Source of the DNA: an uncultured Candidatus Saccharibacteria bacterium
GTDB lineage: Bacteria; Patescibacteriota; Minisyncoccia; Ryanbacterales; 2-02-FULL-48-12
Assembly: GCA_964479945.1 (NCBI GenBank)
Contig: CAYZNS010000006.1
Location: 1,107-65,106 of the forward strand
Length of the DNA: 64,000 nt
Direction of reading: 5' to 3'
Position numbers and translations under genes: made by a program. Below the pieces are notes generated by a model. The model saw nothing but the letters and a program-made list of their open reading frames with translations. It was not told where the DNA came from and ran no database searches. Below, one piece after another: positions 48,932 to 58,742 of the stretch; position 1 is the first letter of the stretch, and each line of letters begins with the position of its first letter.

Positions 48932-49360
48932 TTAACTTCTTTTCGCTGGCGTAAGAGATTCGCCGACATCACTTGTTGGGTCCGGGTTGTTCCAGACTTT
49001 CTCCATGAAGCCGAAATGAACAGTCTTGGGATTACGTCGTGAATCTAAACAGTCAGTGGTTGGATACATGTAGACATGGTATACGGCCGAAAGTCCGAAT
49101 ATGCCGTCTTGCCGCTTTTGAGGGTGGTTTTCAAAGAAACCAAAGCTGCACCCTTTGAGAGCTACATCCATGCAATGAGATAATCGGGCTACCACATATA
49201 CGAAGCCGTCCACATGACTGCGGATATACTCCGCAAGACCACCACCTGAAAACTCAACGGGATCCTTCACTACATCCACATTCTCGCCGTGAAGTGTGCG
49301 GATTGCTGTCTGCTGCGCAGACGACAAATCATGTCGAGAAATCCAATAAACTTTTGCCAT
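48932..49360 (-). CDS. hypothetical protein
   Basis: ORF only. Confidence 0.5.
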   Translation of the reverse strand: MAKVYWISRHDLSSAQQTAIRTLHGENVDVVKDPVEFSGGGLAEYIRSHVDGFVYVVARLSHCMDVALKGCSFGFFENHPQKRQDGIFGLSAVYHVYMYPTTDCLDSRRNPKTVHFGFMEKVWNNPDPTSDVGESLTPAKRS

Positions 49361-49737
49361 GCTTCACCTCCGTGCTTTATAAATTTGTAAAATTTTAAAG
49401 GTACAACTTCCATTCGAAGCTACTGCGCGTCGTGCCGTAATAGCTTCGAAAAGAAGGGCGAAGGGTTTTGCGCCTTCGCCACAGTAAGGCGGGAATTATC
49501 CTCCTTCACTGGACTCGTGATTGGCTTCCCGCGCGCTTTATGCGCACCAACCACGCGTTCCTGCCTCCTAAAACAGAAACACCAGTTCCCTCTTATAACC
49601 GACCCTAAATTGATCGGCGAGGTTTCCCGGATAGTACGCTGGGAGGAGCGTCGCTCACCGCACGATGTACGGCGTCCGGGAACTCTTGCGTGCTACAAAG
49701 TGTAGCTAAACACAAGAGTGGAGGATAAAATTTTGGG

Positions 49738-49838
49738 AAAGAACTCCCGCCAAAACTCTCGATATGCATTGTTCGAAACTCGGTTTCGAACAATCGAAAA
49801 CTTTGGTAGGAGTCCGATTCTTGGGTTGAATCGGACTG
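49738..49838. repeat. Repeat family G copy containing perfect palindrome TGTTCGAAAC-TCG-GTTTCGAACA
   Basis: aactcccgccaaaactctc...ttgttcgaaactcggtttcgaacaatcgaaaactttggtaggagtccgatt. Confidence 0.65.
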
Positions 49839-49885
49839 GTTTGGTGGGTCCGGCAGGGAGGCAACTGCCAGACCCGGTTAGGAGG

Positions 49886-50530
49886 TTACGCGCCATGGTC
49901 GGCCCAGCCAACGCGCCGGTCCTTGTCCCGACGACCCCCGTTGTGGACTTTTTTGCTCTTTGGCTTGGAAGCCGCGGGGCTAGCAAAGTCCCGACCCTTA
50001 CCCTCAAACGGGATGGGGGCCTTCAACGGAGCCGGTTTCGGTTCACCGGCGGCGGAGGACTTGTTGGCAAGAGGGGTGGGGCGTTTGCCGTAGTCGCCAA
50101 CAAAAGCATCCACACCTTTGTTGCCGGCAATCCTCTCCTCCAGAAACCGCACGGAGTTGAGGTACCGGTAGCAACGGACACCACGATCCTCCAGAGCGTT
50201 GGCGTGCTTGCGGCACACCAGGAAGCTCCTTAGATCCTCCGGCACGGCCTTCTTCCCCAACTTTGCCTCCACGAAGTTAAGGTTGGGAACGATTGCCTGC
50301 TCTTCCCGTATCCCCCCGCCCTTTTCTCCACAAAGAGCACAGGAGAACTGTACAACCGGCGACTGTTCGGCAGGTTTCGGCAGTTCAATCTTGCCGAGGA
50401 CCCGACCGTTCGTCTCGACTGTCTGTTGTTCGGCCTCCAATTTGTCGGCCGCGGGCGCGGTCAGAACAGCGCCGTTTGCAACGGTTTCGATGGTCTCGGG
50501 GGTGCCAGTGGTGATCACATCTGTGGTCAT
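49886..50530 (-). CDS. hypothetical protein (GC-rich; CALCGEKGGG motif)
   Basis: ORF only. Confidence 0.5.
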   Translation of the reverse strand: MTTDVITTGTPETIETVANGAVLTAPAADKLEAEQQTVETNGRVLGKIELPKPAEQSPVVQFSCALCGEKGGGIREEQAIVPNLNFVEAKLGKKAVPEDLRSFLVCRKHANALEDRGVRCYRYLNSVRFLEERIAGNKGVDAFVGDYGKRPTPLANKSSAAGEPKPAPLKAPIPFEGKGRDFASPAASKPKSKKVHNGGRRDKDRRVGWADHGA

Positions 50531-51535
50531 AAAAACCTCCTGAAAAATTTGTACCAGACGAATTCGTCTGGGTAGTTTAAAGAACTTTCAAAAATTTTCC
50601 TCCCGCCACAGACGACCACCCTATGCCAGAACTTTTTTTGTCCTTATGATCGTCTTTGGTAGGAAAGGAAACTCATCAGCGTATTTATTCGAAATGATTC
50701 GAAATGGCCCGCTTACATGCCTTTAACGTGGGTTAGCTTCCTTACAGCCCCACGACACATTCAATGTTTTCTCTGCACGATAATCCCCCGCCGCCGCGGC
50801 TGCTTCCCCGTTGGAACAAGAAGCATCTGCCACTCAAACGCGGCCTGCTTCGAGTCCGCCTCTTTCCGAGGCAAACCGTTCCAACTGAACCCTCCCTTAC
50901 GAAGGATGGTGTTAGCCACCTTGTGCAGTTCGTGAGACATGTTACCTCCTTTTTCTTTTTTGTCTCTTATCCCTCCCGAATGTGCGGGCCGTGATGGGAG
51001 ACTAGACAGCCCGCATACTCGAGAGAGAAAAACCTTTTCAAATGCAACTATTCGCCATTATACTCGGCTATAAAATTTTGTCAAGTGTTCATGACATATA
51101 ATACCATTATATTTCAGAAATATGTTGTAATATAAGGATATTTTACATGTTTTATTTAATATGTATTTCTAACATATTTTGTTATACAACGCATGTCTGT
51201 AAAAAATATTTCTGTCAGTGGCATTTGACAAATATTTGAGTACGTGCTATGTTTCAGGCGGGTGCACCTTGAACAAGAATCTTAAACCGGCGGCTCTCGG
51301 CCGAGAACGAGAGCGCAAATCTGGTTTCAGGGGGATTTTAAACGAAAAAGGGAGCTCTGGATTCCCGCCTCCGCGGGAATGACACTCTGATGGTGCGCCT
51401 GCTTGGTTCATTTTGCTCCCACTCCCAAAAAAGAAATCCTCCTGAAGAATAGGAGGACAAGATGGGCGGACATTAATCTAATTTAATGATTCTCTTGTCT
51501 AAATACGACAAAGGCCGCTTTAGCAACAAAGCGGC

Positions 51536-52285
51536 CTAAATTTTTTCTGCGGCCATCCAAAGAATCTCAAATATACCCCGAAAAGAATTAGCTATTTCCT
51601 TGTGACTAATAATGGCGCCTGAAATATTTCCTTTTAATGCGGCAATGGCAACATTGTCATCAAATATTGTAATATCAGCAGAAAACGGCATCTTTTTCGG
51701 TGAGATATACCTAGTTTCGCGTAACATTTTCTCATCTTTTCTTGGGTAAACAGAATTTTCCGTGGAAGTATATATAAGGCGTGATTTAATTCCTTTTTTT
51801 ACGCGCCGCGGCGTATAAGTATTTTTATGATCCGGAAATACAGAGAACACTTCATCAACTGGTGATATGGCCAATATCTCTTTTCGTTTTGCTTTTAAAA
51901 AATCCTCCTGCATCTTTAACAAACCCTCCTTCCCCTCAAAATACCGCACTACCGGCTTCTCTTCCGCCAAATCAAACATCGCTTTTAACTCCGGCAGCAC
52001 GCTTTTTAACTCCTCCTGCTTCTGCTCCAGTTCTTTCTTTTCATGTCCCAGCAAATACTCCAACTGCTCCGGATCTTCGGCGATGTAGAGCTGTTTTTTG
52101 CCTTTGGTCTGCATGCTGACTAACCCCTTTTTCTTTAAGGATTCAATTTGTACATACGCCGTGGGGCGGTTGATGGCGGCTTTGGCGGCAATTTCAAGCA
52201 CGGACGAGGGCCCAAGCTCTAGCATAGCCAAATACACTTTGGCTTCATTGTCTGAAAGACCGATATGTTTTAATTGGGTAAGCAT
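51536..52285 (-). CDS. TrmB-family transcriptional regulator
   Basis: N-terminal TrmB HTH LSDNEAKVYLAMLELGPSSVLEIAAKAAINRPTAY. Confidence 0.7.
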   Translation of the reverse strand: MLTQLKHIGLSDNEAKVYLAMLELGPSSVLEIAAKAAINRPTAYVQIESLKKKGLVSMQTKGKKQLYIAEDPEQLEYLLGHEKKELEQKQEELKSVLPELKAMFDLAEEKPVVRYFEGKEGLLKMQEDFLKAKRKEILAISPVDEVFSVFPDHKNTYTPRRVKKGIKSRLIYTSTENSVYPRKDEKMLRETRYISPKKMPFSADITIFDDNVAIAALKGNISGAIISHKEIANSFRGIFEILWMAAEKI

Positions 52286-52296
52286 GGCTGCGATTT

Positions 52297-52713
52297 TTAC
52301 ATGTCTCCGAGTAATTCTACATTGATTTCTTTTATTTTTTTGAGGGTCCTATCGTTGGTAACAAACGTTTGTGCGCCAAAATCCAACGCCGTTGCAATGT
52401 GTATGGCATCGGGTGTTTTGATGCCATAGTGCGCGCGCAAGTCAGACGCAATATCCACAATTTGCTCGCTCATGCCCATAATAGTAAGATGAGGAAACCG
52501 AATCAAAAGATTTTTATATTGTACCGCAAGCTCATGCCGATTCAGTTTTTTAGGTCCCGTCAAAATCTCTATAACGCCGATGCTTGAAAATACGGCTTCC
52601 CGCGCGCCTGCTTCCACTTGCTGTAATAATTTTTCGGCAAGGCGCGCGTGAATTCCCGTCCCTTCAAAAAGATATATAAATACTGCCGTATCAATTCCTA
52701 TTTTTTGCCCCAT
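52297..52713 (-). CDS. vapC: PIN-domain toxin VapC
   Basis: IGIDTAVFIY...IGVIEIL...DAIHIATAL...VTNDRTL. Confidence 0.8.
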   Translation of the reverse strand: MGQKIGIDTAVFIYLFEGTGIHARLAEKLLQQVEAGAREAVFSSIGVIEILTGPKKLNRHELAVQYKNLLIRFPHLTIMGMSEQIVDIASDLRAHYGIKTPDAIHIATALDFGAQTFVTNDRTLKKIKEINVELLGDM

Positions 52714-52943
52714 GACGCGCGCTCTTGCTTAATATAACGCACCGCGCCGCCTAACCGGCGCCACACGTCTTTTCCAAGGCCTTTCATTGCCTGAACTCTG
52801 TTCTGCTTATATTTCAAAAGAATTGCCCGATCTTCGTCCAGAGGATATATCTCCAAGCGCGCGCCAGCTTCCAAGCGCATTTTCCTGCGCACTTCTTTCG
52901 GTACTACTATTTGATATTTTTGCGAGAGGGTGGAAGTTTCCAT
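52698..52943 (-). CDS. vapB: AbrB/MazE/SpoVT-family antitoxin VapB
   Basis: QIVVPKEVRRKMRLEAGARLEI is a swapped-hairpin motif; overlaps vapC start. Confidence 0.7.
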   Translation of the reverse strand: METSTLSQKYQIVVPKEVRRKMRLEAGARLEIYPLDEDRAILLKYKQNRVQAMKGLGKDVWRRLGGAVRYIKQERASWGKK

Positions 52944-53056
52944 AAACGTTTTACTATTATATATATGCTTTACATTTTATCAAGAAGTAAAATAATGTCA
53001 AGAGCGGTATTTGTAAGAGCTCACAAACTCGGATAATTGTGTAACATTTGCTATCT

Positions 53057-53128
53057 CGGATGTGCCAAGCCGAGCTCCACATCGCCCTACGGGCGTGTGT
53101 AGAGCTCGGCTAGTCACAATCCTGGCGC
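53057..53128. repeat. Hairpin repeat family A copy
   Basis: cggatgtgccaagccgagct...agagctcggctagtcacaatcctggcgc. Confidence 0.7.
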
Positions 53129-53207
53129 TTACTCAAGTTTGTGAGTTCTTACCGGTACTTTCTTGAAAATTATAAGGGGAGGCGATTGCTCGTCTCCCCT
53201 TTTTTCT

Positions 53208-53375
53208 AATGCACAACCGGCATCTGCACAATCGGGGCGTCGGAGTTTGCCTCCGCATACTTCTCAAGCTTTTGCCGAATCTCCGCGGCCCAGCGCTGTG
53301 CCTTTTCCGCATCTACTTCTCCCGCATCCAGCTTTCGCTGGATTTCATCCAAAAAATGCTCAAAAAAAGTCATAA
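53208..53375 (-). CDS. small hypothetical protein (55 aa, MTFFEHFLDEIQRKLDAGEVDAEKAQRWAAEIRQKLEKYAEANSDAPIVQMPVVH)
   Basis: ORF below the track cutoff; helical, charged. Confidence 0.25.
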
Positions 53376-53710
53376 AAAAACCTCCTTAAAGTACATTCAC
53401 TAAACTCTCGAATGCCCTGATTTCAAGACCTTGGTGAATGGGAGGAGAACGATCTTTATTTGTGTTCTCCCCCGTGGCAGGATTTTATTGGGCTTGTTTT
53501 GTATAAGCCCTGCGGTTACCTGCCGTCCGCTTGTCTTTTGTCGGAGACCTATGCGTTCACTCTCACCTTTCTCGTCTGATGCGCCCGCGATTGCTAGTAC
53601 CTCCCAAAATTTTTCAACGCGAAGCGTTTGATGTTTTTTCCGGCCTATTCGATAGCCGGGTTAGAGGTTAATTCAAAAAAATTGATATGACACTCACCCA
53701 TCCTTTCTAT

Positions 53711-54238
53711 CTACTCACTCATGAGATGCATGTATGCCCGTGCCGCCGCCACGCTATCGTATAACGGATGGTGCGTAGACAGACCTTCGGCCTCGGACAC
53801 TTTGTCCATTAGGCCGAACACCATGTTGTAGGAGTCCACGCTGGTGGGGTCGAAACCCTTTGCCTTCAGCACGCTGGCGACATCGAGGAACGGATACGGT
53901 CCGTCCCAGTCGCCAATCAACCCCTTCTGGTGCATGTCGATCAAGAGTTTGCTCTCGACCGGCACGCCCATGTGAGCGATCACGTCGGCGCCGTCCTTGT
54001 TTGCCTTGTAAAACTCGGCGAGGGCCGCCAACATGGCATCGTACGAGTCGTGGGTCTTGTCGAGGTCACCGAGCTTGGGCAGGACATTTTCCCGCACCCA
54101 GCCGTCGGTCACTCCGTCGGGACCGAGGTAGGCGGTGAAGCTGTTGACCAGCTTACCGTCCTCATACACCGCCGCCGAGATGGCGAAGGCATCGCCCCAT
54201 AGACCATTTGTTTCCGCATCAAACGAAAAAACTTTCAT
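53711..54238 (-). CDS. DEDDh-type 3'-5' exonuclease (oligoribonuclease/RNase T-like); GC-rich relative to flanks
   Basis: Exo I FDAETNGL. Exo III HHPLYDSVAAARAY (H-x4-D). Confidence 0.55.
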   Translation of the reverse strand: MKVFSFDAETNGLWGDAFAISAAVYEDGKLVNSFTAYLGPDGVTDGWVRENVLPKLGDLDKTHDSYDAMLAALAEFYKANKDGADVIAHMGVPVESKLLIDMHQKGLIGDWDGPYPFLDVASVLKAKGFDPTSVDSYNMVFGLMDKVSEAEGLSTHHPLYDSVAAARAYMHLMSE

Positions 54239-54321
54239 TGCAACACCTCCCTACGAGTTGTTTAAGAATTTATCGCGTTCCCAATTTCCTTCAGGAGAGC
54301 AGGTACACGGGCCCTCCTTTC

Positions 54322-54831
54322 TTATTTCGTAGCATTAACAATCTGTCCAACAATGGAGTCAATCCCCTCCGACAGATCCAGTAACGTGCCACGTCTAGAG
54401 GGATCAGTCTCCCCTTCCTCCGCCTCGTACCCCTTTGCAAAGATCTCCTTAATCTTGGACAAGAGGCCTTCCGCCTCTGTCCTGCGGGGGAGTTCCTTGC
54501 TGTAGAGCTCGTCCCCGAAATAAGCCTTGTAAAAAGGGACCCCCACAACATCCTCTATCTCGGTCGGCGTCATTGGCCAAGCTATATGGCCTACAAACGC
54601 CCCACGAAATGGAGCAATCCGTACGACGTGACCCTGATCGGACGAACGGATATAGGGCTTGACGAGCCAAGCCTTCTTTTTCATAGCTGCCGTAGTCGCT
54701 GAAAACTCCATTTTACACCTCCTGTGTGGAATTATTGAACTCAAAGTACTAAAAAATTTGAGAGAAGAAACAGAGACGCGATGTGTAGCGCGTACACATC
54801 TGACCTTGAGCGGCCCTTTCTGTTTTTTCAT
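54322..54831 (-). CDS. hypothetical protein (GC-rich; start may be the internal Met at ~54711)
   Basis: ORF only. Confidence 0.4.
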   Translation of the reverse strand: MKKQKGPLKVRCVRATHRVSVSSLKFFSTLSSIIPHRRCKMEFSATTAAMKKKAWLVKPYIRSSDQGHVVRIAPFRGAFVGHIAWPMTPTEIEDVVGVPFYKAYFGDELYSKELPRRTEAEGLLSKIKEIFAKGYEAEEGETDPSRRGTLLDLSEGIDSIVGQIVNATK

Positions 54832-54845
54832 TGCTCAAACTCCTC

Positions 54846-54912
54846 TCATCAAAGCTTTCCAAGAGCTACCCCATGTATTATATAAAAGGGTTCTGGAAAG
54901 CTTTGATGAGAG
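54846..54912. promoter_or_regulatory. Inverted repeat CTCATCAAAGCTTTCCAAG / CTGGAAAGCTTTGATGAG with ~25-nt loop, followed by G5T5
   Basis: Seen directly between the 54322 gene start and brnT. Confidence 0.35.
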
Positions 54913-55128
54913 GGGGTTTTTCCGGATACCCCCCAGACACGGATTTGGAAATCCGAGATTTATAATATTAGAAGTATAAGATCACCCCCTTTTTTTGATT
55001 TGCAAGAAGTATAGCATGTTTGGTTGTCTGTGTCAAGCCCTGCACGGATGGGCTAAAAGCTGTGGACAAATATTGACAAAACATATCTATTGTCTATACT
55101 TATACCATAAGAGCTTGTTCGACATGAT

Positions 55129-55419
55129 ATGAAATACTTTGACTGGGAAAACTCAAAAAACGAGCAGCTCAAGAAGGAACGCGAAATCAGCTTTGAGGAC
55201 ATTGTAATTGCAATAGATGAAGGGCGGTTGTGTGACATTCTTGTCCACCCCAATCAAAAACGATACCCCCATCAGCAGATTTTTGTCGTTGCAGTATACG
55301 AATATGCGTATCTTGTGCCATTCGTTGAAGATGATGAAAAAGTATTTCTTAAAACTATTATCCCTAGCCGCAAAGCAACCAAGAAGTATGTTATTGGCAG
55401 TAAAAATAAAAAACCATGA
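55129..55419 (+). CDS. brnT: BrnT-family ribonuclease toxin (DUF497)
   Basis: FDWENSKNEQLKKEREISFEDIVIAI matches the BrnT N-terminus. Confidence 0.75.
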   Translation: MKYFDWENSKNEQLKKEREISFEDIVIAIDEGRLCDILVHPNQKRYPHQQIFVVAVYEYAYLVPFVEDDEKVFLKTIIPSRKATKKYVIGSKNKKP

Positions 55420-55676
55420 AATACTATGAACTTACAAAAGAAGAAGAACGGCTTATTGAAGACTACGAGGAGGGTGAGCTTCGAAGCATCCCTGATCAGC
55501 TGCAAGAAACAACGCGGTACCGCTCGTACGCTAAATCTTCCCTTAATAGGGAGCGGAACATTAACATTCGCCTTTCCGAGAGAGATTTACAAAAAATCAA
55601 AGCAAAAGCTGCCGAAAAAGGATTGCCATACCAAACGCTTGTTTCCTCAATTCTGCATCAGTACAGCCTTCGATAG
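55416..55676 (+). CDS. brnA: BrnA antitoxin
   Basis: Overlaps brnT stop by 4 nt. C-terminal LPYQTLVSSILHQYS is typical of BrnA. Confidence 0.7.
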   Translation: MKYYELTKEEERLIEDYEEGELRSIPDQLQETTRYRSYAKSSLNRERNINIRLSERDLQKIKAKAAEKGLPYQTLVSSILHQYSLR

Positions 55677-56327
55677 CTCTTTGAGAGTATCCTCTAACTC
55701 ACTCGGAAGCTCAGCTTCCAAGCGGAGTCGTTTACCGTCTTTTGCTACAAACTCTAGCCCGGCCGCGTGCAAAAATTGTCTTCCTAACCCGTTCGGGCAC
55801 ATATATTTCTTTCCTCCGTAGAGTTTGTCACAGGCAACCGGATAGCCGATGCTCGCAAGATGCGAGCGAATTTGATGAGTTCTCCCTGTTTTTGGAGATA
55901 CTTCAAGCAACGTGTACTCTTGGAATCTTTTCCGTACCGTAAAATGGGTCTCCGCGGAACGCGCGCCGTCCACCATGCGCGGAGACGCTATGCGTTTTCG
56001 AAAATCTTTTTTTGACCGCGCGATAGGAAGCGAAATAACGCCTTTGTCTTTGGAAACATGTCCCGAGACAAGTGCAATATACGTTTTTTTGATTTTACGA
56101 TCATGAAATAACTTTTTTAGATACTCGTATGCCGCGTGGTTTTTCGCAATTAAAAGCAGGCCGGAAGTATCTTTATCCAGCCGGTGCGCCAGTTCGGCAT
56201 CCGGGTATGTTTTCCGGATTTCCTGCAACAGCGTCCCTTCCGCACGATGCTCATCAGGATGCACGGAAACGCCCGCCGGTTTGTTGACCGCAAGAATATC
56301 ACTGTCTTCGTAGATAATTGTATACAT
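55647..56327 (-). CDS. RluA-family pseudouridine synthase (start trimmed to MYTIIYEDSD to avoid the tRNA)
   Basis: HRLDKDTSGLLLIAKN catalytic Asp motif. Confidence 0.8.
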   Translation of the reverse strand: MYTIIYEDSDILAVNKPAGVSVHPDEHRAEGTLLQEIRKTYPDAELAHRLDKDTSGLLLIAKNHAAYEYLKKLFHDRKIKKTYIALVSGHVSKDKGVISLPIARSKKDFRKRIASPRMVDGARSAETHFTVRKRFQEYTLLEVSPKTGRTHQIRSHLASIGYPVACDKLYGGKKYMCPNGLGRQFLHAAGLEFVAKDGKRLRLEAELPSELEDTLKELSKAVLMQN

Positions 56328-56402
56328 TGGTGCGCCCATGAAGGATCGAACTTCAGGCCTCGTCGATGTCAACGACGCGCTCTACCACTGAGCTATGGGC
56401 GC
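56328..56402 (-). tRNA. tRNA-Val (anticodon GAC), CCA encoded
   Basis: GCGCCCATAGCTCAGTGGTAGAGCGCGTCGTTGACATCGACGAGGCCTGAAGTTCGATCCTTCATGGGCGCACCA. Confidence 0.85.
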
Positions 56403-56575
56403 ATCTTTAAACAGGCAATAACAAAGAAAGTAGTGCGAGCGGCAAAGCAATGTAACTATTAATCACGCAAAACCAGGCATGCTTGATATAATCCGGCGGA
56501 GATCCAAACGGGGGAGTTGTAGTAAGTTGATGTAGGGCAAGAACTACCAACAAGATAATTGCAATAGTTTTCATA

Positions 56576-56650
56576 GGCGCCGCCAACGGGGATCGAACCC
56601 GTATTGCCGGATTGAAAGCCCGGTTTCCTAACCAATTAGAAGATAGCGGC
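56576..56650 (-). tRNA. tRNA-Glu (anticodon UUC)
   Basis: GCCGCTATCTTCTAATTGGTTAGGAAACCGGGCTTTCAATCCGGCAATACGGGTTCGATCCCCGTTGGCGGCGCC. Anticodon loop CUUUCAA. G-U in acceptor. Confidence 0.75.
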
Positions 56651-56987
56651 TTATGTGTAATACTACCAGATAACGCACAATTTATCCACACCTTTCGCTA
56701 CTCCCTTGTAAAAAAGTTCGGCTGGGTGTATAATATTGCTAGATTGCAAAGGGGGACAAATTATGTCATGCAGCGGGAACATAAGAGCAACACCAGTTGA
56801 CGCTTCACGGAAGCCCACATTATCAAAAAGTGGATTGCCGCGAGGTATCAACAATACATCCTCTTCCCGCCTTGCAAAAGGGCGGCGCTTTGTTCCGGCA
56901 CAACCGGAAAAGAGCATGCCCGTGTCTGCATTTTTTATATGAGAATGCAAATGCGGTTTTTATTTATACAAATATACAATTAACTCA

Positions 56988-58418
56988 ATGAAACAAATTT
57001 TTTATACCGGCGCTGTTCTCGCGTTACTTATATCGCTTGGTGTTACACCTTTTGCGCTTGCCGCCGAAGACGCGGTAGCGGCCGATACAGAGCATGGCGG
57101 ACCCGCCATAACCTTCCTGTGGATTGCGGTTATTTTACTGGCCGCCAAGTTCTCCGGCCTTATTGAACGCTTCGGCCAGCCATCGGTCCTGGGCGAGCTG
57201 GTTATGGGCGTTATCCTTGGTAACTTGGTGCTTCTGGGCATTACGGTATTTGAGCCCATTAAGTACGATTCCATCATACGCTTCCTAGCAGAGTTGGGCG
57301 TGGTAGTGCTTCTCTTTCAAATAGGCCTTGAATCCAACATATCCAAGATGCGCTCCGTGGGAACCAGCGCATTCTTAGTGGCTGTTGTCGGCGTGGTGGT
57401 ACCCTTTCTTTTGGGCACATATCTCGTGGGGCCCTATTTGCTCCCCGGCCTCTCGCAAAATGCGTATCTCTTTTTGGGCGCCGCGCTCACCGCTACATCG
57501 GTCGGCATTACCGCGCGCGTATTCCGCGACCTGGGTAAATTACAGGATAAGGAAGCACAGATTATTTTGGGAGCCGCCGTTATTGACGATGTGCTGGGCT
57601 TAGTTATACTTGCCGTAATATCCGCACTGGTAACGCTGGGCGCTATAACATTCGGCGCTATCGGCTTGATTGTCGCCAAAGCGGCGCTGTTTCTTGCCGC
57701 GGCCGTGTTCTTGGGGCAAATCTTTGCCGACAAAATCGGGTATCTTTTCTCATTTATCAGCACCGGAACCGGTATGAAGTTCACATTAGCGCTCTCGTTT
57801 GGCCTGGTGTTTGCGTTCTTGGCGCACATAATAGGGCTTGCTCCCATTGTGGGCGCGTTTGCGGCAGGCCTTATCTTGGACCCCGTGCACTTCCGATTCT
57901 TCCGTAATCCGCACATTGTGGACGAAATAGACGAATGCATGCATGACTGCTCGGACGCGGCATCCCGCAAGCGCGTGGGCGACGTCATCGCCGCACATGC
58001 CAGTAAGCACGTGGAAGACTTGTTGGAACCCGTAAGCATTCTGCTCGTGCCGCTCTTCTTTGTGGTAACCGGCATGGATGTAAATCTTACCGTGCTATTT
58101 AACGGACCAATTCTTCTGGTTGCTCTTGGTATCACAGCAGTTGCCTTTATCGGCAAAATATGCGCGGGGCTTGTCGCGGGCAACGGCGTCAACAAATCCC
58201 TCATTGGCTGGGGCATGGTACCACGCGGCGAAGTCGGCCTGATATTTGCAACCGTAGGCCGCTCGCTCGGCGTTGTTACGGAGGAAGTGTTTTCGGTAAT
58301 TGTCATTATGGTAATTCTTACCACGCTTCTGACGCCGCCCATCCTTACATTCCTCTTAAAACGCGGCGTGGCAAAACACGCGCAACAAGCAGAAGCGCAA
58401 TTATCGCACGCGCATTAA
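56988..58418 (+). CDS. monovalent cation:proton antiporter (Na+/H+ exchanger, CPA family)
   Basis: Signal peptide plus ~12 TM helices. Confidence 0.75.
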   Translation: MKQIFYTGAVLALLISLGVTPFALAAEDAVAADTEHGGPAITFLWIAVILLAAKFSGLIERFGQPSVLGELVMGVILGNLVLLGITVFEPIKYDSIIRFLAELGVVVLLFQIGLESNISKMRSVGTSAFLVAVVGVVVPFLLGTYLVGPYLLPGLSQNAYLFLGAALTATSVGITARVFRDLGKLQDKEAQIILGAAVIDDVLGLVILAVISALVTLGAITFGAIGLIVAKAALFLAAAVFLGQIFADKIGYLFSFISTGTGMKFTLALSFGLVFAFLAHIIGLAPIVGAFAAGLILDPVHFRFFRNPHIVDEIDECMHDCSDAASRKRVGDVIAAHASKHVEDLLEPVSILLVPLFFVVTGMDVNLTVLFNGPILLVALGITAVAFIGKICAGLVAGNGVNKSLIGWGMVPRGEVGLIFATVGRSLGVVTEEVFSVIVIMVILTTLLTPPILTFLLKRGVAKHAQQAEAQLSHAH

Positions 58419-58484
58419 ATGTCGTAATCAAAACACCTCCGATCCAGATCAGAGGTGTTTTGATTGACTTTGTAATTCCACTTG

Positions 58485-58715
58485 CTATTGCGATTCGCTG
58501 ATTGCCGCTTCCAGCTCTGCGTCTATCTCGGCAAATTCTCCATCGAGATTCTCCAGATCAGTTTCATCCAATTCTCGCTCAATGGCGGAAACCGAGGCAT
58601 CGTTGCTTGCGGCGGGAAACGTATCTATCGGTTCCCGCTGTGACAAAGACATGAAATACACAATTCCTAAAATCACAACGGCGATACCAATAAAAATAAG
58701 GAGATTTTTATTCAT
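58485..58715 (-). CDS. small membrane protein with acidic tail
   Basis: MNKNLLIFIGIAVVILGIVYF TM. Confidence 0.4.
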   Translation of the reverse strand: MNKNLLIFIGIAVVILGIVYFMSLSQREPIDTFPAASNDASVSAIERELDETDLENLDGEFAEIDAELEAAISESQ

Positions 58716-58742
58716 ATACCTTGATTTTTATGTTATGTACTG

